A stretch of 58,045 bases of DNA, filler included, from Sphacelaria rigidula (lineage: Eukaryota), in NCBI GenBank assembly GCA_964200075.2. It is 5 parts of 5 records of this genome, joined end to end, with 100 filler letters (N's around TTAATTAATTAA, not from the genome) between each part and the next. Parts side by side here need not be neighbours in the genome. Positions count along the whole stretch, not along the records: positions 1 to 11,532 come from CAXNAA020004825.1; positions 11,633 to 23,162 come from CAXNAA020004826.1; 3 more parts are not named here. One strand, written 5' to 3'. The translations under genes were made by a program, and so were the position numbers. This document shows, piece after piece, positions 1 through 12,474 of this stretch; position 1 is the first letter of the stretch, and each line of letters starts with the position of its first letter. The notes beneath the pieces are model-generated. The model saw only the letters and a list, made by a program, of their open reading frames with translations, was not told where the DNA came from and did not search any database.

Positions 1-777
1 GGTGTAGACTGGTTTCGGCGACAAGGATGGAGGAGGAGCGGTCGTCGACGGACGGGTTAGGTCTGGTTCAGCCTCCTGGACGAGAAATTACCACAGACCA
101 GAACTAGAGTGCGTAACGAAGGAGGAAGTGTTTCATCCCGAAAGGAAGCAGAGGGGGCACTGTCTGGGGATCATGGACACCGGAGAGGATGGGCGGTTAG
201 TTTGTCCACGGACGCTGGTGAGGACAGATGGGAGCGTCAGGATGTCAACTTCGAAAAAGACCTACTCGTAGCAGCGGAGAAGAATAGAGCAGACGGCCAA
301 TTTTCGTTGAGGGCGGAATATCATTGTCTGTTGGGGGTTTTGGTACAGTTGTTTGTTGTGGATACGACGTTCAGATGGTATCCCATGTTTTTCATGGTTG
401 ATCATAGGACACTTTGAACAGATTTTGCTTTTTTGCTGATAGCGCTATGCCGTGTGTAGGCTAGACACGCCCTGTCTGTTGTGTTTCCATGACGATGCTA
501 CTCGACCATAACTCGAGGGAGTTCATATAGTAGTTCCCCGCTTTCCCTCCTCGTTGCCATCAGGTTGTCCTTCATTGTTTTTCTTGTCTTTTTTGGATCT
601 CCCTATCAAGCATTGTTAGTCTCCGGTGCGCAGGCTCTGTAGAGCCTATCTCTTTGAACAGCACTCCAGAGACAAGATCTACTTTGGGATTGGTATGTGC
701 TCTATGCGACAGTTCCGATTATCGGCTTACTCGCTGTTACTACTCTGTGTATACACCAGTGCGTGGCAAAGTAGTCG

Positions 778-975
778 GAGAGGTCACACGCGGGGACTTC
801 TTATGACTAGATCCCAGTACAAGTAGATCTCCCGTAGTTCAATCGGTCTCATGCCGATCTTTCGTAGTGTAGGCGCAGAGGTCACACGCGGGGACTTCTT
901 ATTAAAAGATTCCGGTAAAAGTAGGTCTCCTATAGTTCAATCGGTCTCATACGGATCTATCGTAGTGTAGGTGCC
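778..975. repeat. Two diverged tandem copies of a ~98-bp unit
   Basis: AGGTCACACGCGGGGACTTCTTAT...TAGTTCAATCGGTCTCAT...TCGTAGTGTAGG starts at 781 and again at 879. Confidence 0.9.
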
Positions 976-977
976 GT

Positions 978-1346
978 TTTCTCGTGTGTATGTTTTGTTA
1001 TTTGCCTTCTTCTGCGGGCTATTTGGGTTATGGGTATGGGTGGTATGCTGCTTGCACTCTGTGACCACGGGTTCGAGAGATGGAGCTGATGTGACGGATA
1101 TGATAAAATAATTAAAATACAGGAACAGCACCAGGGCTTTCCAAGTGGTCCCCCACCGTAGTTTTTCGTGTAGATGTTTTGTATTTTCCTTCTTCTGAGG
1201 GCTATTTGACGTATGGGAATGGATGGTATGCTGCTTGCACTTTGTGACCACGGGTTCGGGAGATGGAGTTGATGTGACGGACATAACAAAATAAGAATTA
1301 AAATTCAGGGGCAGCGGCAGGGCTTTCTACGTGGTCCCCCACCGTG
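978..1346. repeat. Two diverged tandem copies of a ~185-bp unit
   Basis: ...TGGTATGCTGCTTGCACT.TGTGACCACGGGTTCG.GAGATGGAG.TGATGTGACGGA...GTGGTCCCCCACCGT occurs twice (~978-1160 and ~1163-1346). This explains the repetitive ORFs at 937-1289. Confidence 0.9.
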
Positions 1347-3179
1347 ATGCCAGCCTGGTCCGACGCCGCTCGACTTCACGGAGTGGACGGGATGTGGTGC
1401 TATCGACGTGGTACGGCCATTTTTGCATCTGTCGCACCTCGCTCGACATTTATGCCTCCCTCATCTCCTCACGTCAGCACAAAAAACGCAAATCCAAGCG
1501 CCATGGCTACAGTATTTGTAACTAGCTTTGACCGTCACTGCACCGGAAAGCGCAGCAGTACGTCGGGATCCCCTCGCATAGTAGACCAAGTCATTTCGAC
1601 GTGGGAGAGTTCGGCATAGCCCTTTTCTCGGGCGAAAACGTCGCGGAAGGGTCAAAAAGTCATTTTTCCGAGACTTGTCTTTTTTCGGGCCATGAAAAGC
1701 GGCTTGACGAAAAAAAACATGACACAACAGCCGAGAACAAAAACGGTGCCGAGATTGAACCGCACGCTGCTCTGAACCGCGGCTAACTGCTTTCGATTTT
1801 CATGAACCTGCGTGGAGAAAAGATCGCAGCTCTTGCTCCCGAACTGAAAAGATGAACGTGAGTTGTCTAAAGGAGGCATATTAGGATCGAAGAGGACTGT
1901 GGAGACGAATACCGACCACCATGCATGTGAGAGCGCGTGTTGGAAGGTTTCACACCCTGAACAATATGCGGTCAATAGTCTCATTAGAAAAAAATGTACT
2001 GCGTCAAGTGTAGGTATATTGCAACTACAGCATTGATCACATTTTGTACAGGGTGTACAAGGTTTCGAGGTTCAAACGTTTCGCGTCCCCATCATTTTGG
2101 AGCATGCAGCATCGCATCCAGACACCCACAATCGAACGCGCAGCATCTTCATCCACGGATAGCCTGACTCCCACCAGAATACACGGCGCTTTGATCAGGT
2201 GTGATTGGTGCCGCATCGGGCAAGCATCGAGAATGCTCGGTCTCTCTTCCGGCCCGAGGTGTAGCGGTGTTGGCACAAGTCGTACGCTGCGCTTTTACGG
2301 AAGCAACCAATGCGGCCTCGCTCCTCGACAGATCGAAGCCAACAGAAGCACATCATGCTGTACGTGGTCGAGTAAGAGCTATCGTGAGGGCAGTGTTCTT
2401 CTATCGACCACTTTTTGCGGGGGCGGTGGAGCACGCTTATGTCAGTGTGTGTGATGATCGCTTTGGATCGGTTGTCATTCATTTGTGCACCGTTGTCGGT
2501 GGTCATGGGGCACAAATTGCAGTGCATCCCTGAAGCATTTTCGCTGCCGGTGCCGTGCCCAATTCTAACATCAAAAATAGAGAGTACGGTAGGAAATCGC
2601 TTTCAACTTTGATTTCGATATTCATGTCGATATTTTTCCTTGCCAAGATATTCAACCCCTCAAAGAGACGGCCTGATAGTTACGGGTCTGTCCACAAGAT
2701 GGGGCTGGCGAAGGTTCTCCTCAGTTTTTTTTTTTGCCACGCGTTATGTACTTTGTTGTGAAACATATTTCGTACCAGGCGCCGGTAAACGTTCCCTGGA
2801 CGAACATACGTCTCAACTTATGCAGGACAACACCGTAGGGATATCAGCGTTGTTAACCATCCTCCCGACCCCCCATGCACCATTATATGGCATCTACCTA
2901 CCCTGGACCCCTACACGGTCAGCGCAGACCTGTCTCATGCTGTCCTTTTCCATGTCCATGTCCATGTCCCTCTCCCCCCCCCCCCCCCCTTTTTGTCGTA
3001 AAGCTTTCAATCCTTCCCTTTCCTCGGGACGAATCTGCGGGCACAAGGGATTCATCCATTTCTGCCGCGGTATTGTACACGCCCGCTTACATTATGGCTG
3101 ATTGGATTTACCCTCTCTCCCCGCATTGACTCTCATCAAAATAAACTTCTTGCTACTCACACCCTCTAGTTTTCAAAGA

Positions 3180-4015
3180 CGGAAACCAGGTCGAGGCTTG
3201 TCTCTTTTTTTTAGAGTCGAACGAATTGGTGCGGCGGAATTGAAGTCGTTTGGTTCACTGCGTTTGGGTCCGAGCGAATCTGCACGCTTTCGATCGCAAA
3301 AGACGGTGGAATTCGTGAAGCGGTACTTGTTCACTTTTATTCAATACAGACAGTACAGTGTTGTCTGTACTGTCTGCACACTGTCCCTGTCTCGTACAGT
3401 AAGATGTGAAAAGGGGGGCAACATCCAGTGCAGACAGCATACACAGAACTCTCCACACTCTCTTCCTCTTCATACAGAAGGATGTGAAAACAAATTGAAC
3501 AGCGTGCAGTTTTGTACTGCCTGTCCTGTCCATGACCATGTTCGCAAGTCGGTCGCCCAACCTACCGCCCTATTCCATCCCTGAGTCCTACAATAAAAAA
3601 TATGCTCAAGTATCCGCCAGCAGAAAATCAACAAACCATGCCTAGAGGGTGGTGGTGTCGGTCCCCTATTACTGTTGTGTATGTATCCTGCGCGGCTTGC
3701 GTTGGGTTGTTGAAAAAATGGTGTGAGGTTTGCATTGTTTTGTAAAAGGGTGGTATTCAGGATGGTGGTCTGCAAGATAGGAGTCGAGTGCCCCTTCGTT
3801 CTTTTCCGCTGCGTGTTTTCGATCGAAAAGGTTGAGCTTCCCAGTTTTTGACCCTGGCCGTCGCGCGCATCTACTTATATAATGGACCATCTGAGAACAC
3901 AAATGCCGTGGACGTATCAGATACGAGCTAATTCGATTCCACCACACTTTTTTGAGTTGAAAAAAAATGTCAAGGCACGGCCTCAGACGCTCTTTGGAAA
4001 AAACTCGAACGCATA
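3180..4015. repeat. Remnants of a dispersed non-coding repeat family (family C), also present on scaffold 4
   Basis: GTGCGGCGGAATTGA...ACGGTGGAATTCGTG (3229-3318) recurs at ~36913-37008. GTGCCCCTTCGTTCTTTTCCGC.GCGTG.TTTCGAT (~3788) recurs at ~37815. Confidence 0.7.
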
Positions 4016-5496
4016 CGCCAGCATTCAAGCCCAGAATTGTCTGCTCTGACAAGTTACAGCTGTACTAGCCAGACCACCCCGGGCGCGGCGGCTACGCTGT
4101 ACCCGCTTATGTCCTACTGTCGTGCGCCGTCCTATATCCTCTATCCATGTACTGTAAGTGTCATGCAAAAAGAGTCAAAACTACTGCAGGGAAGGTACAG
4201 ACAGTATAGTATAGTAGAGGATCAGGTCAAAAGCTGTCTGTGCGTCATCGTTTCTTGTCAGCATAGGCAATGGCGAGGGGGAAGGAGCAGCAAGAAAACA
4301 CCACGATCAACCCACCCTCTCCAACTCGCTCTCCGCTTTCCGACCATTCTCGGCCGCCTCACTCTCCTTTCGCCTCCTGGCTCCGTGCACGCCCTGTTCC
4401 ACACCCCTTGCCTCCTCCACCCACGCCACCCGCTTCCGTCTAGCCTCAGTCAGCAGCTCTGTTCTCCTTCGAGGATCAAATCCGCTCGCCGCCGCCACTA
4501 CGCTGCTACTATTACTATTCCTGTTGGCGTTGACATCCGTGACGCTGGCTGCCCGTGCTCTCCTCATGGCCAGGATGCGGGTGATGAACCGAATGGGGTG
4601 GTGGGCTTGCTACCCTCTTCTGGGGTGGCCTAACCCTAACCCTATCAGGCAAGAAGGGGAAACTGCTGCTGGTGTTTTGATGTTGATGATGCTGTTGTCC
4701 ACGACGGTTTGCACGACAAGCGCTACTACTAGTGCGTGGTGCCGGGTGTCGTGCAGTCCTCTCTTACTGCTGCTGGGAATTGGAACAAGCACAGGTGCAA
4801 GACGTGTGTGGGAGGGGTAGTAGTTGCGGAGGAATACATCGATTTATCATGCACACATGTGTGGGAGATTTTTCAGTGTGCTCGATGTTCTGCGTTGTGA
4901 AAAGACGACGATGGTGGGATGGGTTCCACATTGGTTATGCAAATCAGCCTTTCTTTCTCTTGGTGGGAGTTGGCCCAGCGCTCCAGCGACCCAGCGAACG
5001 CAGTAATACTGAGTGCAGCAGTCCTAAATAGTAGCGACATGTCCGTGCATTCTTAGCTGCATTGCCCTGCGTTGACAGGACACAGGAACAGCACCCGCCT
5101 AGCATACACCAATACAGGTGGGTCGTTGCCCAACACTCCACACTCGATTTCATAAGAATGGTATCAGCCCACGACCTGTCTGTTCCAGCAAAGACAGGAA
5201 CAGGCGGTGACTGTGCCGTTCTAGCCCTTCGATGGGACAATATCATTGAAAACATCGAATAAGAACGCTCAATAGCCCTGGATATCTGCTGGCTTACCTG
5301 GAGTGAAGAACTTACACCCACCACGATCCTCTCTGTGATCGCAGAGACAATAGCGTAGCAGCTTCGTTCAAACAGCTCCGCATTGTCGTAGAGCTGAGGG
5401 AAACTAGCCCTCCACTGGTCATCATCCACGTGGAAAACGACGCGGACCTGAGTATGAACATCTTTCTCATGCTTTGTGGTGCAGTGCTGTCGATTG

Positions 5497-5682
5497 ATGT
5501 GATTTGATTGATTAATTGATTGATTGTCGCACTTGAACTGACCCCCCAGGGATCCAGCCGCGGTCATATGATAGACGTACCCAGAAAAAGAAAGCTGAAA
5601 AAAACACTCACTGAAGAAAAAGGGGAGAACAGAAAAAGTCCAAAAGAACGACATGGTAGACTAAGACGTGGGGAAAAAAAAA
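5497..5682 (-). mobile_element. Short 3'-end copy of the RTE-type LINE (or LINE-tailed SINE) with (TCAA)n tail
   Basis: GATTGATT-GTCGCACTTGAACTGACCCC...ATAGACGTACCCA...TAGACTAAGAC aligns by eye with the LINE 3' end at 7024-7230. Confidence 0.75.
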
Positions 5683-6130
5683 TGTTGTCTTCACGATTAG
5701 AATGCCGTTTGTTGTGATAGTAACAGATATCAAAACTCGATCTGTACGCAGATCGGGGATCTCAAGTCAGGAGGCACCTACAGAATGCACAAGATTCCAC
5801 GACTGCGCCGGAATGGGACACACACACACGCGCGCGCGCGAGTTTGGAACTGCGGTCGTCTGTCATCATGTACCAACATACAGAAAAATAAATGTTTCTT
5901 ACTGTTAACTAATTCGGAATAACGTCCAAGTCCTCCAAAATTACAACCACGAGCGCTTTCGGGAAGGTTGGCGATGCCTTTTCCCAACAACACTTTACAG
6001 TACACATCCGCCATCAAGGGGGGGTGGGGGGGGATCGATCGCTATCGGACCTCTACAATAAAGAATACAATGCTCGCTTGAATGATGGATCATTTAAGAG
6101 TGGATCCTGGAATTTTTTTAATGGGGTCTG

Positions 6131-6388
6131 TGTAGCCTCTGCCAGACGATCTGGACAAGAAGACTATCCACGAGGGACTCCTCCAGTAGCACTGGCCTCG
6201 TGCTCAACAAATCCTTTCTTCTCACTTGTTATTATCACGGAGTGATCCTCTACAGACCACATCAAGAGCTAAACAGCAAGGGGTCACACGGAGAAGGGTC
6301 ATCAATCCAGGATCCCCTGTCCCCTGGCACTGCTCCAATCATGCATGCGATTATACTGAAACCTACGGTTTGGTATCATTTGGCTACA
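6131..6388 (-). mobile_element. 3' LTR of Ty3/Gypsy element
   Basis: Bounded by the inverted termini TGTAGCC (6131) and GGCTACA (6388). On the minus strand it is preceded by a short G-rich PPT-like tract (TTGGGGGTGC) and lies just downstream of the chromodomain ORF. Confidence 0.7.
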
Positions 6389-6516
6389 GCACCCCCAAAG
6401 CGAGTTCAAGGTAAACGAACGAGCTTGACAACCAACAAAAACCAAGGCGAAAGCGCATGCGCCAGATCACAAAGAAATATCATACTCCGACGCTAATTTA
6501 CTGGTCAGCGCCCGAG

Positions 6517-6930
6517 TCAACCGCATTTTACCAGTTCCTTCAAAACAAATTCAGGCGCAGAAGAATGAAGTTTGCGAAGAGACAACCACGTACGTTCTTC
6601 AGCACCGAACCCTTTCCAATCGACCGAAACAATGACAACACCATTGTCATCCTCAGCGACGTGCACCAGAGCATTCATCCGACGTTCACCTTGAGCATAC
6701 GAATGCTGAAATATATCGTTTAGTTTCGAGTCAGCATAGAAACTTAAACGAGCGACATGGGCCGAGTCCACGGCGCCAGAAACATTGATCTGCACCGAAT
6801 ACACGTGAGCGTGATCGGCTTCGACCACTCGCCACGGACCTGTCCACGTGGACATCAACTTTGGCTTCACACCTTGCCTCCGAACTCCGAAAGCAACTAA
6901 GTTTTTCTTACTCTATCCACTTCGAAAGAA
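6517..6930 (-). mobile_element. Ty3/Gypsy (chromovirus) integrase C-terminus plus chromodomain, remnant
   Basis: KPKLMSTWTGPWRVV...HVARLSFY is a GPY/F-type module. VIVSVDWKGFGAEERTWLSLRKL is a chromodomain-type motif (V.WKG.....TW). Confidence 0.85.
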
Positions 6931-7023
6931 GCACGGGTTCACAGCTTGTCAGGCGTCCTACCTCATCTTCTACCCAGCCAGATCTTGACGGACGGATATT
7001 CTCGCAGATAATTGGTCGAGTTC

Positions 7024-7074
<51 letters not shown>

Positions 7075-10000
7075 ATCGCCCTTTGACTGACCCCCAATGG
7101 GCCCAGTCGTGGTCACATCATAGACGTACCCAAGAAAAGCAAAACTGGAATAACACTTGCTGAATAGAAAGAAGGAACAGAAAAAAAAGTCGAACAGAAC
7201 GGCATAGTAGACTAAGACATGAAAAAAGGAATACAAAAGTCAACAAAAGCGAAGCACAGAAAGAAATGGCTGATCTAAAACAAAAAAAGGAAAATAAGAG
7301 GAAAATAAAAGAGCAAGAATAGAAAAATAAAAGTAAGAAGAAAAGGAGAGGAAAAAGAAGAAGAAAAAGAAGAAGAAAAAATATGGAAAAGAAAAAATCC
7401 CAAGGGATTCAGGGCAGCAAAGTAGATACAGACACACACCAGTGGGCACCGCAGAGCCACCGACCAAGGACATAATCAACAACCGATATGAGCAGACAGG
7501 GTTCTTCGATTGGTGGCCCTCGACGTAGCAGCCTCCCGTTTGTGACGGCGGTCTGCTTCTCGTTTGTCCGCGCGTCGCCACGTGTCCTCAAACTCTTCCA
7601 CTCCTTTTTCGGCTCTAATATGTCATTTGCCCATGTTCTTCGCCGCAGTGACCCAATCGTATGCATCGTTAAGCTCTACACCATAGACGATCCACTCCCG
7701 TCGGGCTCCCTTGTGCGGGACAGCCCCTGGTGTACGTATGTTCTCCTGGAGGGTACCGTCCCATTGCTTGGGGGAGCGACCGGCCTCCTTGGGCCCTCGT
7801 GTGGTTCACTGATCGTTCATGACGTGCTTAGGAAAGCGTGTTTCCTTCTGCCGGACAAGAGCTCCCGCGAGTCAGAGTTGACGTTTGCGGATAGTCGTCT
7901 CTATACGTTCGCAGTTGGTCATCTCGAGCACCGCCCTGTACGAAAGAGTCTTGTAGCCATTCCGATCTTTCCTGCGGAATCCAACCACTCGCAGCAAGAG
8001 TTTGTGATGGGCAATCCGCAGACTGTGGAAGTCCTCAGAACGTGCATGTGGCACATTCATACAGAGCTTCTATCACCTCCACTTTGAGCAGTCGAACTTT
8101 CAAGGATAGCTCGGCGTTGGGTCGGTCGTAGAGATGGGAGCTATTTTTTCAGAGACGCGCCCACGCCGCGCTGATACGGCGATTGATGGACATTTTCGCA
8201 TCCGCGCTGATATCTCCACCAAGGTAGATGAGCTTCCCCGTCTGCTTATACCGTCTACCGACAGCTTTGATATCCAGGGCGGCCTCCGTGGGACTAGGTA
8301 CTGACCGAAGGCGTATGGATTCTGTCTTGCTCTCGGAGACCATCAGGCTGAATTCCTGGCATGTCATCACTATCACAGCCATCATTCGAGCAAGGCCTTC
8401 TGAGGTCCTTGAGGCTGTGCCAGCGTCGTTCGCATGAAGCATTGCCCACACCGCGCGTCGCACCTTCTCCAGCGGTGTCTCTTCCACGAGTTCACCACCG
8501 TCTTACTTTGGCGCATCATCTGGAAAGACCATATCTGAGACGATGACTGGGTCCGCCGCAAACCGCTCAAGGACCACTTCCACCAAGTGTTCTCCGAAGA
8601 TGTTGAACAGCAGCGGAGACGAAACGCAATCTTGTCTGAGTCTCTGACAGATATGGAACCTCGCTGATAGTTCGCCACTATCTAGCTGTACCCGAGCTCG
8701 TATGCCGTCGTGAAACATACGGATGGTCGTAATCATTCGCGACGGGACTCCGCACAGAGCAAACACTTCCCACAGGAGCGTGTGGTCTACGGAATCGTAG
8801 GCTTTTTGTAGATCGATAAAGCACATGTTTATTGGGACGTCGCTCGCCCATCTCAACTCCTAAAGTCGGCGTACTATGAACATCATGTCTGTGGTCGATC
8901 TTTGGCGCCTAAATCCACACTGCTCTTCCGGGAAGACATCTGATTCATCACAAAAATTACCGAGCCTGTTGGTTACGGCTTTGAGGAGAACTTTAGCAGT
9001 AGTACGTGCCACAAGTGAAATGCCTCTGTAGTTATCACACTGGGTCCTATATTGATTTTTATGTAGCACTTTGATGGTGACATCTTTCCATTCTTGCGGC
9101 ACCTCGCCAGATGTCCAAGCCGCAAAGACGATGCTGTGGAAGTGGTACATAACGTCCGACGCCTCCCTGTTGAGTCCAAGCTTCAGGATTTCTGCAGGAA
9201 TACCATCCGAACCGGTTGCTTTTCCGTTCGACATGGCACTCAGAGCCTCCCCTCAGTTTCACTTGGGCTTGGTGGATCTCCTAGTGACAGCACTATTGGT
9301 CGCTAAGCAATCTTCTCAATGACGGTTCGGTCGGTAGTCGCCGATATGGCGTTCAGAAATGTAGAGAAGTACCGTTCCCATCCCCCACTGGTCAAACCTT
9401 TGTCCCGCGGTAAATTGCCGTCCTCGTCTCGAATGTACTGTTCACTCTCGATCGGTCATCCAGACAGTCTCCACCCTCCCTCGAGATGTCTGTACCATCT
9501 TCTCATGTCCCCCGCTCGAGTATACTCCTCCAGTTTTCTAGCATACACATCCATATATTTGTCCACCCCAACATGGATCACCTCTTTGACCTTTTCGCAT
9601 GCTACTCGCAATGTGCGCCGTGCGGGTTTGTCTCGAAATCATCCCAGTCTCCCCGTTGATCTTGCGCTTTCCCTCTCCATTCAGGTCTGTTCGAAATCCG
9701 TTCTGATTTCAGCATCCTTGAACCACCCCGGTAAACGTGGCTTTCGGGTCAGACGGGGTACCACCTTTTCAGCGGCACTCAAGAGTACGTCGGCAAAGTT
9801 CGTAGCCAGTAAACTAACTGTATCACCAGGCACACTCTGTTTGAGCTTGCTGATGATGAGCTGGTGAGCTACTCACGTCTGTTGGGGTCAGATACTATTG
9901 CCCGTCTGTCGATCGGTGTACGCCCAACTGGGATTTGTCTAGGTCTGTTGTGTGCGAAGCGACCGAGGAGCCGCACTGAGGCGCCGCACTGAGGCGCACA

Positions 10001-10255
10001 CGATGTTGTGGTCAGAGTCCGGCGAGTTGGGGGGTTGAAGGTGGACGGTGACATTGCGAACACGCCTGTGGCGATCTTACCGTGTGTGATGATGTAGTCA
10101 ATGTGTCTCTTGTCCGCGGGGCGATTTGCAACACCGATGAACGTACGCGAGGTGTTTTCCTTTGGGGTGGAAAGAAACGTGTTGACCAGGGAAAGCCTGT
10201 TGTTGCCTGCAGATTACACTAGAGATGTACCGTAACTGTCGTTGCGATTGCTATC
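7024..10255 (-). mobile_element. 5'-truncated, frameshifted RTE-clade non-LTR retrotransposon (APE endonuclease C-term, RT, C-term, 3'UTR, (TCAA)n tail)
   Basis: Endonuclease motifs RHIDYII and DSDHNIV (~10000-10110). RT motifs GKATGSDGIPAE, NYRGISL, EEQCGFR, FIDLQKAYDSVD, RQDCVSSPLLFNI, LHANDAG (degenerate YADD) and IYLGG. RTE-like C-term IETTIRKRQL. (ATTG)n on + at 7024-7073. Many stops and frameshifts. Confidence 0.92.
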
Positions 10256-11532
10256 ATGAATAAAAGAGATGACGTGACGGAATACTTCTTCAACCAATTT
10301 CGCATTTCGTTTTTTTTTGTTGCTGCACTACACCCGAAAGAACGCGTTTTCGACCAAGATGAGGCAGGTAACAGCCCCATGCCACCCTCTTTTGAAAGAA
10401 GAGAAGAGACACGTTATTTCGACCACTCGAACATATCATTGGAAACCTAGGGAGATAACGTAGGTACTACCCTCGACACTGTTCGTGGTATTTCGAGGTT
10501 TCCCATGATTCCAGAGTCGATGAGGCATGTTTCTGTTGTTGTACCGCGAGAACAAGCGTAACATGCTCGATGAGACGTGTGCAGTATCCCCAGACGTTGA
10601 CTCCCAGCTTCCCCCTTGCTATTGTCGGCCTTTCTCTAGTATTTCGACACTAAAATCAAGTCGCCACCTTGTACAGCGCTACAATTACGTTCTGTACGTC
10701 GATACGCTCCGCAATAAAGTAAAGCATGTAGCATTGTTATCCGTACAGAATACAAACGGCTAGTAGACCCATCACTAAAATGAAATATGACTGTACGGAT
10801 CTCCCCCCCGGCCCCAACCCTTCTGCCCCCCCTTTCTCGATTGTATTAACGTCGTAGGCGCATGTTCCTTTTACGAAGAAGCTGACCTACCCCTGGCCTG
10901 GGCTGAGTATTAGTTTCAGGTGCCCACGAATGTTTGGGTAACCTAGTTCCACGAGTTTGTCCGTTGGACAGGATCATCAGCACTATCGAGGTGAAGATTG
11001 CAACGGGAAATAGTGTTGACTCGACCTGCTTATGTGGAGACGCCCTCACGTCACGAGCGCCTGTCCACGGTGGGGAGTGTGTCTAAAATGCTGCCCGAAA
11101 GAGGGGGTGCATATAGGTGTATTAGTATGTTATGGCGTAGAGTAAAACGCCGTCTACCTACCGAGATGTCGCTCCATCAAGGTTCAGGGCATATCAAGTG
11201 CCCGTTACTGCCGCAAGCAACGTCTCGATCTGGTTCCTTCGAATAACGATTTGGCCATCCCTCCCCTCCCGTCTCTGTGGCCTATAGCCTGGTCCGGCGA
11301 GAACCCGGCGTGCTCCGTCCCGGCTTTGTAGGGGCGGACCCCCGATGGGGTTGGCGTCGGTTGGCGATGACACTGTTAAACACGCCACTCACTGCAGAAG
11401 CTAGGCACCCAGGTTGTCGATTTTTTTGCGCGCTTGCGTTTTTCTGCGGTGCGCACGATGGTGGTCGAGCTAGATCATGTTGTGCGGCGTGGGAGAACCT
11501 CAACTCTGCACACTGGGGATGGTCGTACTACG

Positions 11533-11632
11533 NNNNNNNNNNNNNNNNNNNNNNNNNNNNNNNNNNNNNNNNNNNNTTAATTAATTAANNNNNNNNNNNN
11601 NNNNNNNNNNNNNNNNNNNNNNNNNNNNNNNN
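11533..11632. other. Artificial 100-nt scaffold linker
   Basis: N44-TTAATTAATTAA-N44, giving stops in all six frames. Confidence 0.97.
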
Positions 11633-11792
11633 ACTGCAGTGCGTACACGTATACGAACGGACCAGATGTATGCTCGAACGTGATGATCTACAGTTCAAGT
11701 GTACGAGTGCAGTGTTTTGATCCAGGGCGAAACTTCCCGCCCTGTCTCCCACCTGGCCCTGCCAGCGGGCGCGCTCGTCGGCCACAGCGCGA

Positions 11793-12287
11793 GCGCAGGG
11801 ACGCCTGCTCCGCTATGAGTACGATGGCTGGCTGGCAGAGCAGACAACTTGCCTCGTTTCACAGGCCTGCCAAGACATGTATGTTCATCGTAACAGGGTG
11901 AAACCGTGTCCCTTTCCCGGCCAAACACCTAGTTCGCCGAGGCAACCCAACGATTGCAAGCACTCCAAGGGGTGGCGGAAGAGGCGCGGCGGGGCCATCA
12001 GGAGGCGGAGGGGCACGCGGCGTGCCCCCTCGCCTCCTGATGGCCCCGCCGCGCCTCATGCATCACTACCCGCGTCGCCGCCGCCGCCCGTTTCGCCTCT
12101 TTCGCCACCCCTTGGAGTGCTTGCAATCGTCGGGTTGCCTCGGCGAACTAGGTGTTTGGCCGGGGAGGGGACACGGTTTCACCCTGTTACGATGAACATA
12201 CATGTCTTGGCAGGCCTGTGAAACGAGGCAAGTTGTCTGCTCTGCCGGCCAGCCATCGTACACATAGCGGAGCAGGCGTCCCTGCGC
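11793..12287. repeat. 495-bp foldback: 194-bp near-perfect inverted arms with a nested 77-bp hairpin
   Basis: 11793-11986 is the reverse complement of 12094-12287 with few mismatches. 11981-12057 is a second near-perfect palindrome. Confidence 0.93.
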
Positions 12288-12474
12288 CCTCCTGCTCCCC
12301 CTGCTGAACTGTACTGTACACTCTTCATTACAGTACGTCAGTTGTCCGGAAATAAAAAATGCTTGAGCTCCATGTATGGCGCAACTTGTACGTCGGGCTA
12401 CCGGGTTGGACTGACACGTTTTTTATCCCCTCGCGCTGCTTCCCCATGCCCCGGTCTCCTCGAATAAAGTTATA

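Noticed and set aside
2037..2533. Cys/His-containing ORFs, possible transposase remnant
   Set aside because: No diagnostic motif recognised.
4629..4644. Telomere-like CCTAACCCTAACCCTA
   Set aside because: Under three units and internal, so not evidence of a chromosome end.
4944..5460. Possible second decayed Gypsy integrase/chromodomain (YHSYEIEC...VYARRVLF...QYYCVRW, minus strand)
   Set aside because: Similarity is weak and broken by stops. The 236-aa ORF listed here begins inside the RTE tail and is in another frame.
7488..9867. Plus-strand ORFs of 199 and 182 aa
   Set aside because: Antisense shadows of the RTE LINE.
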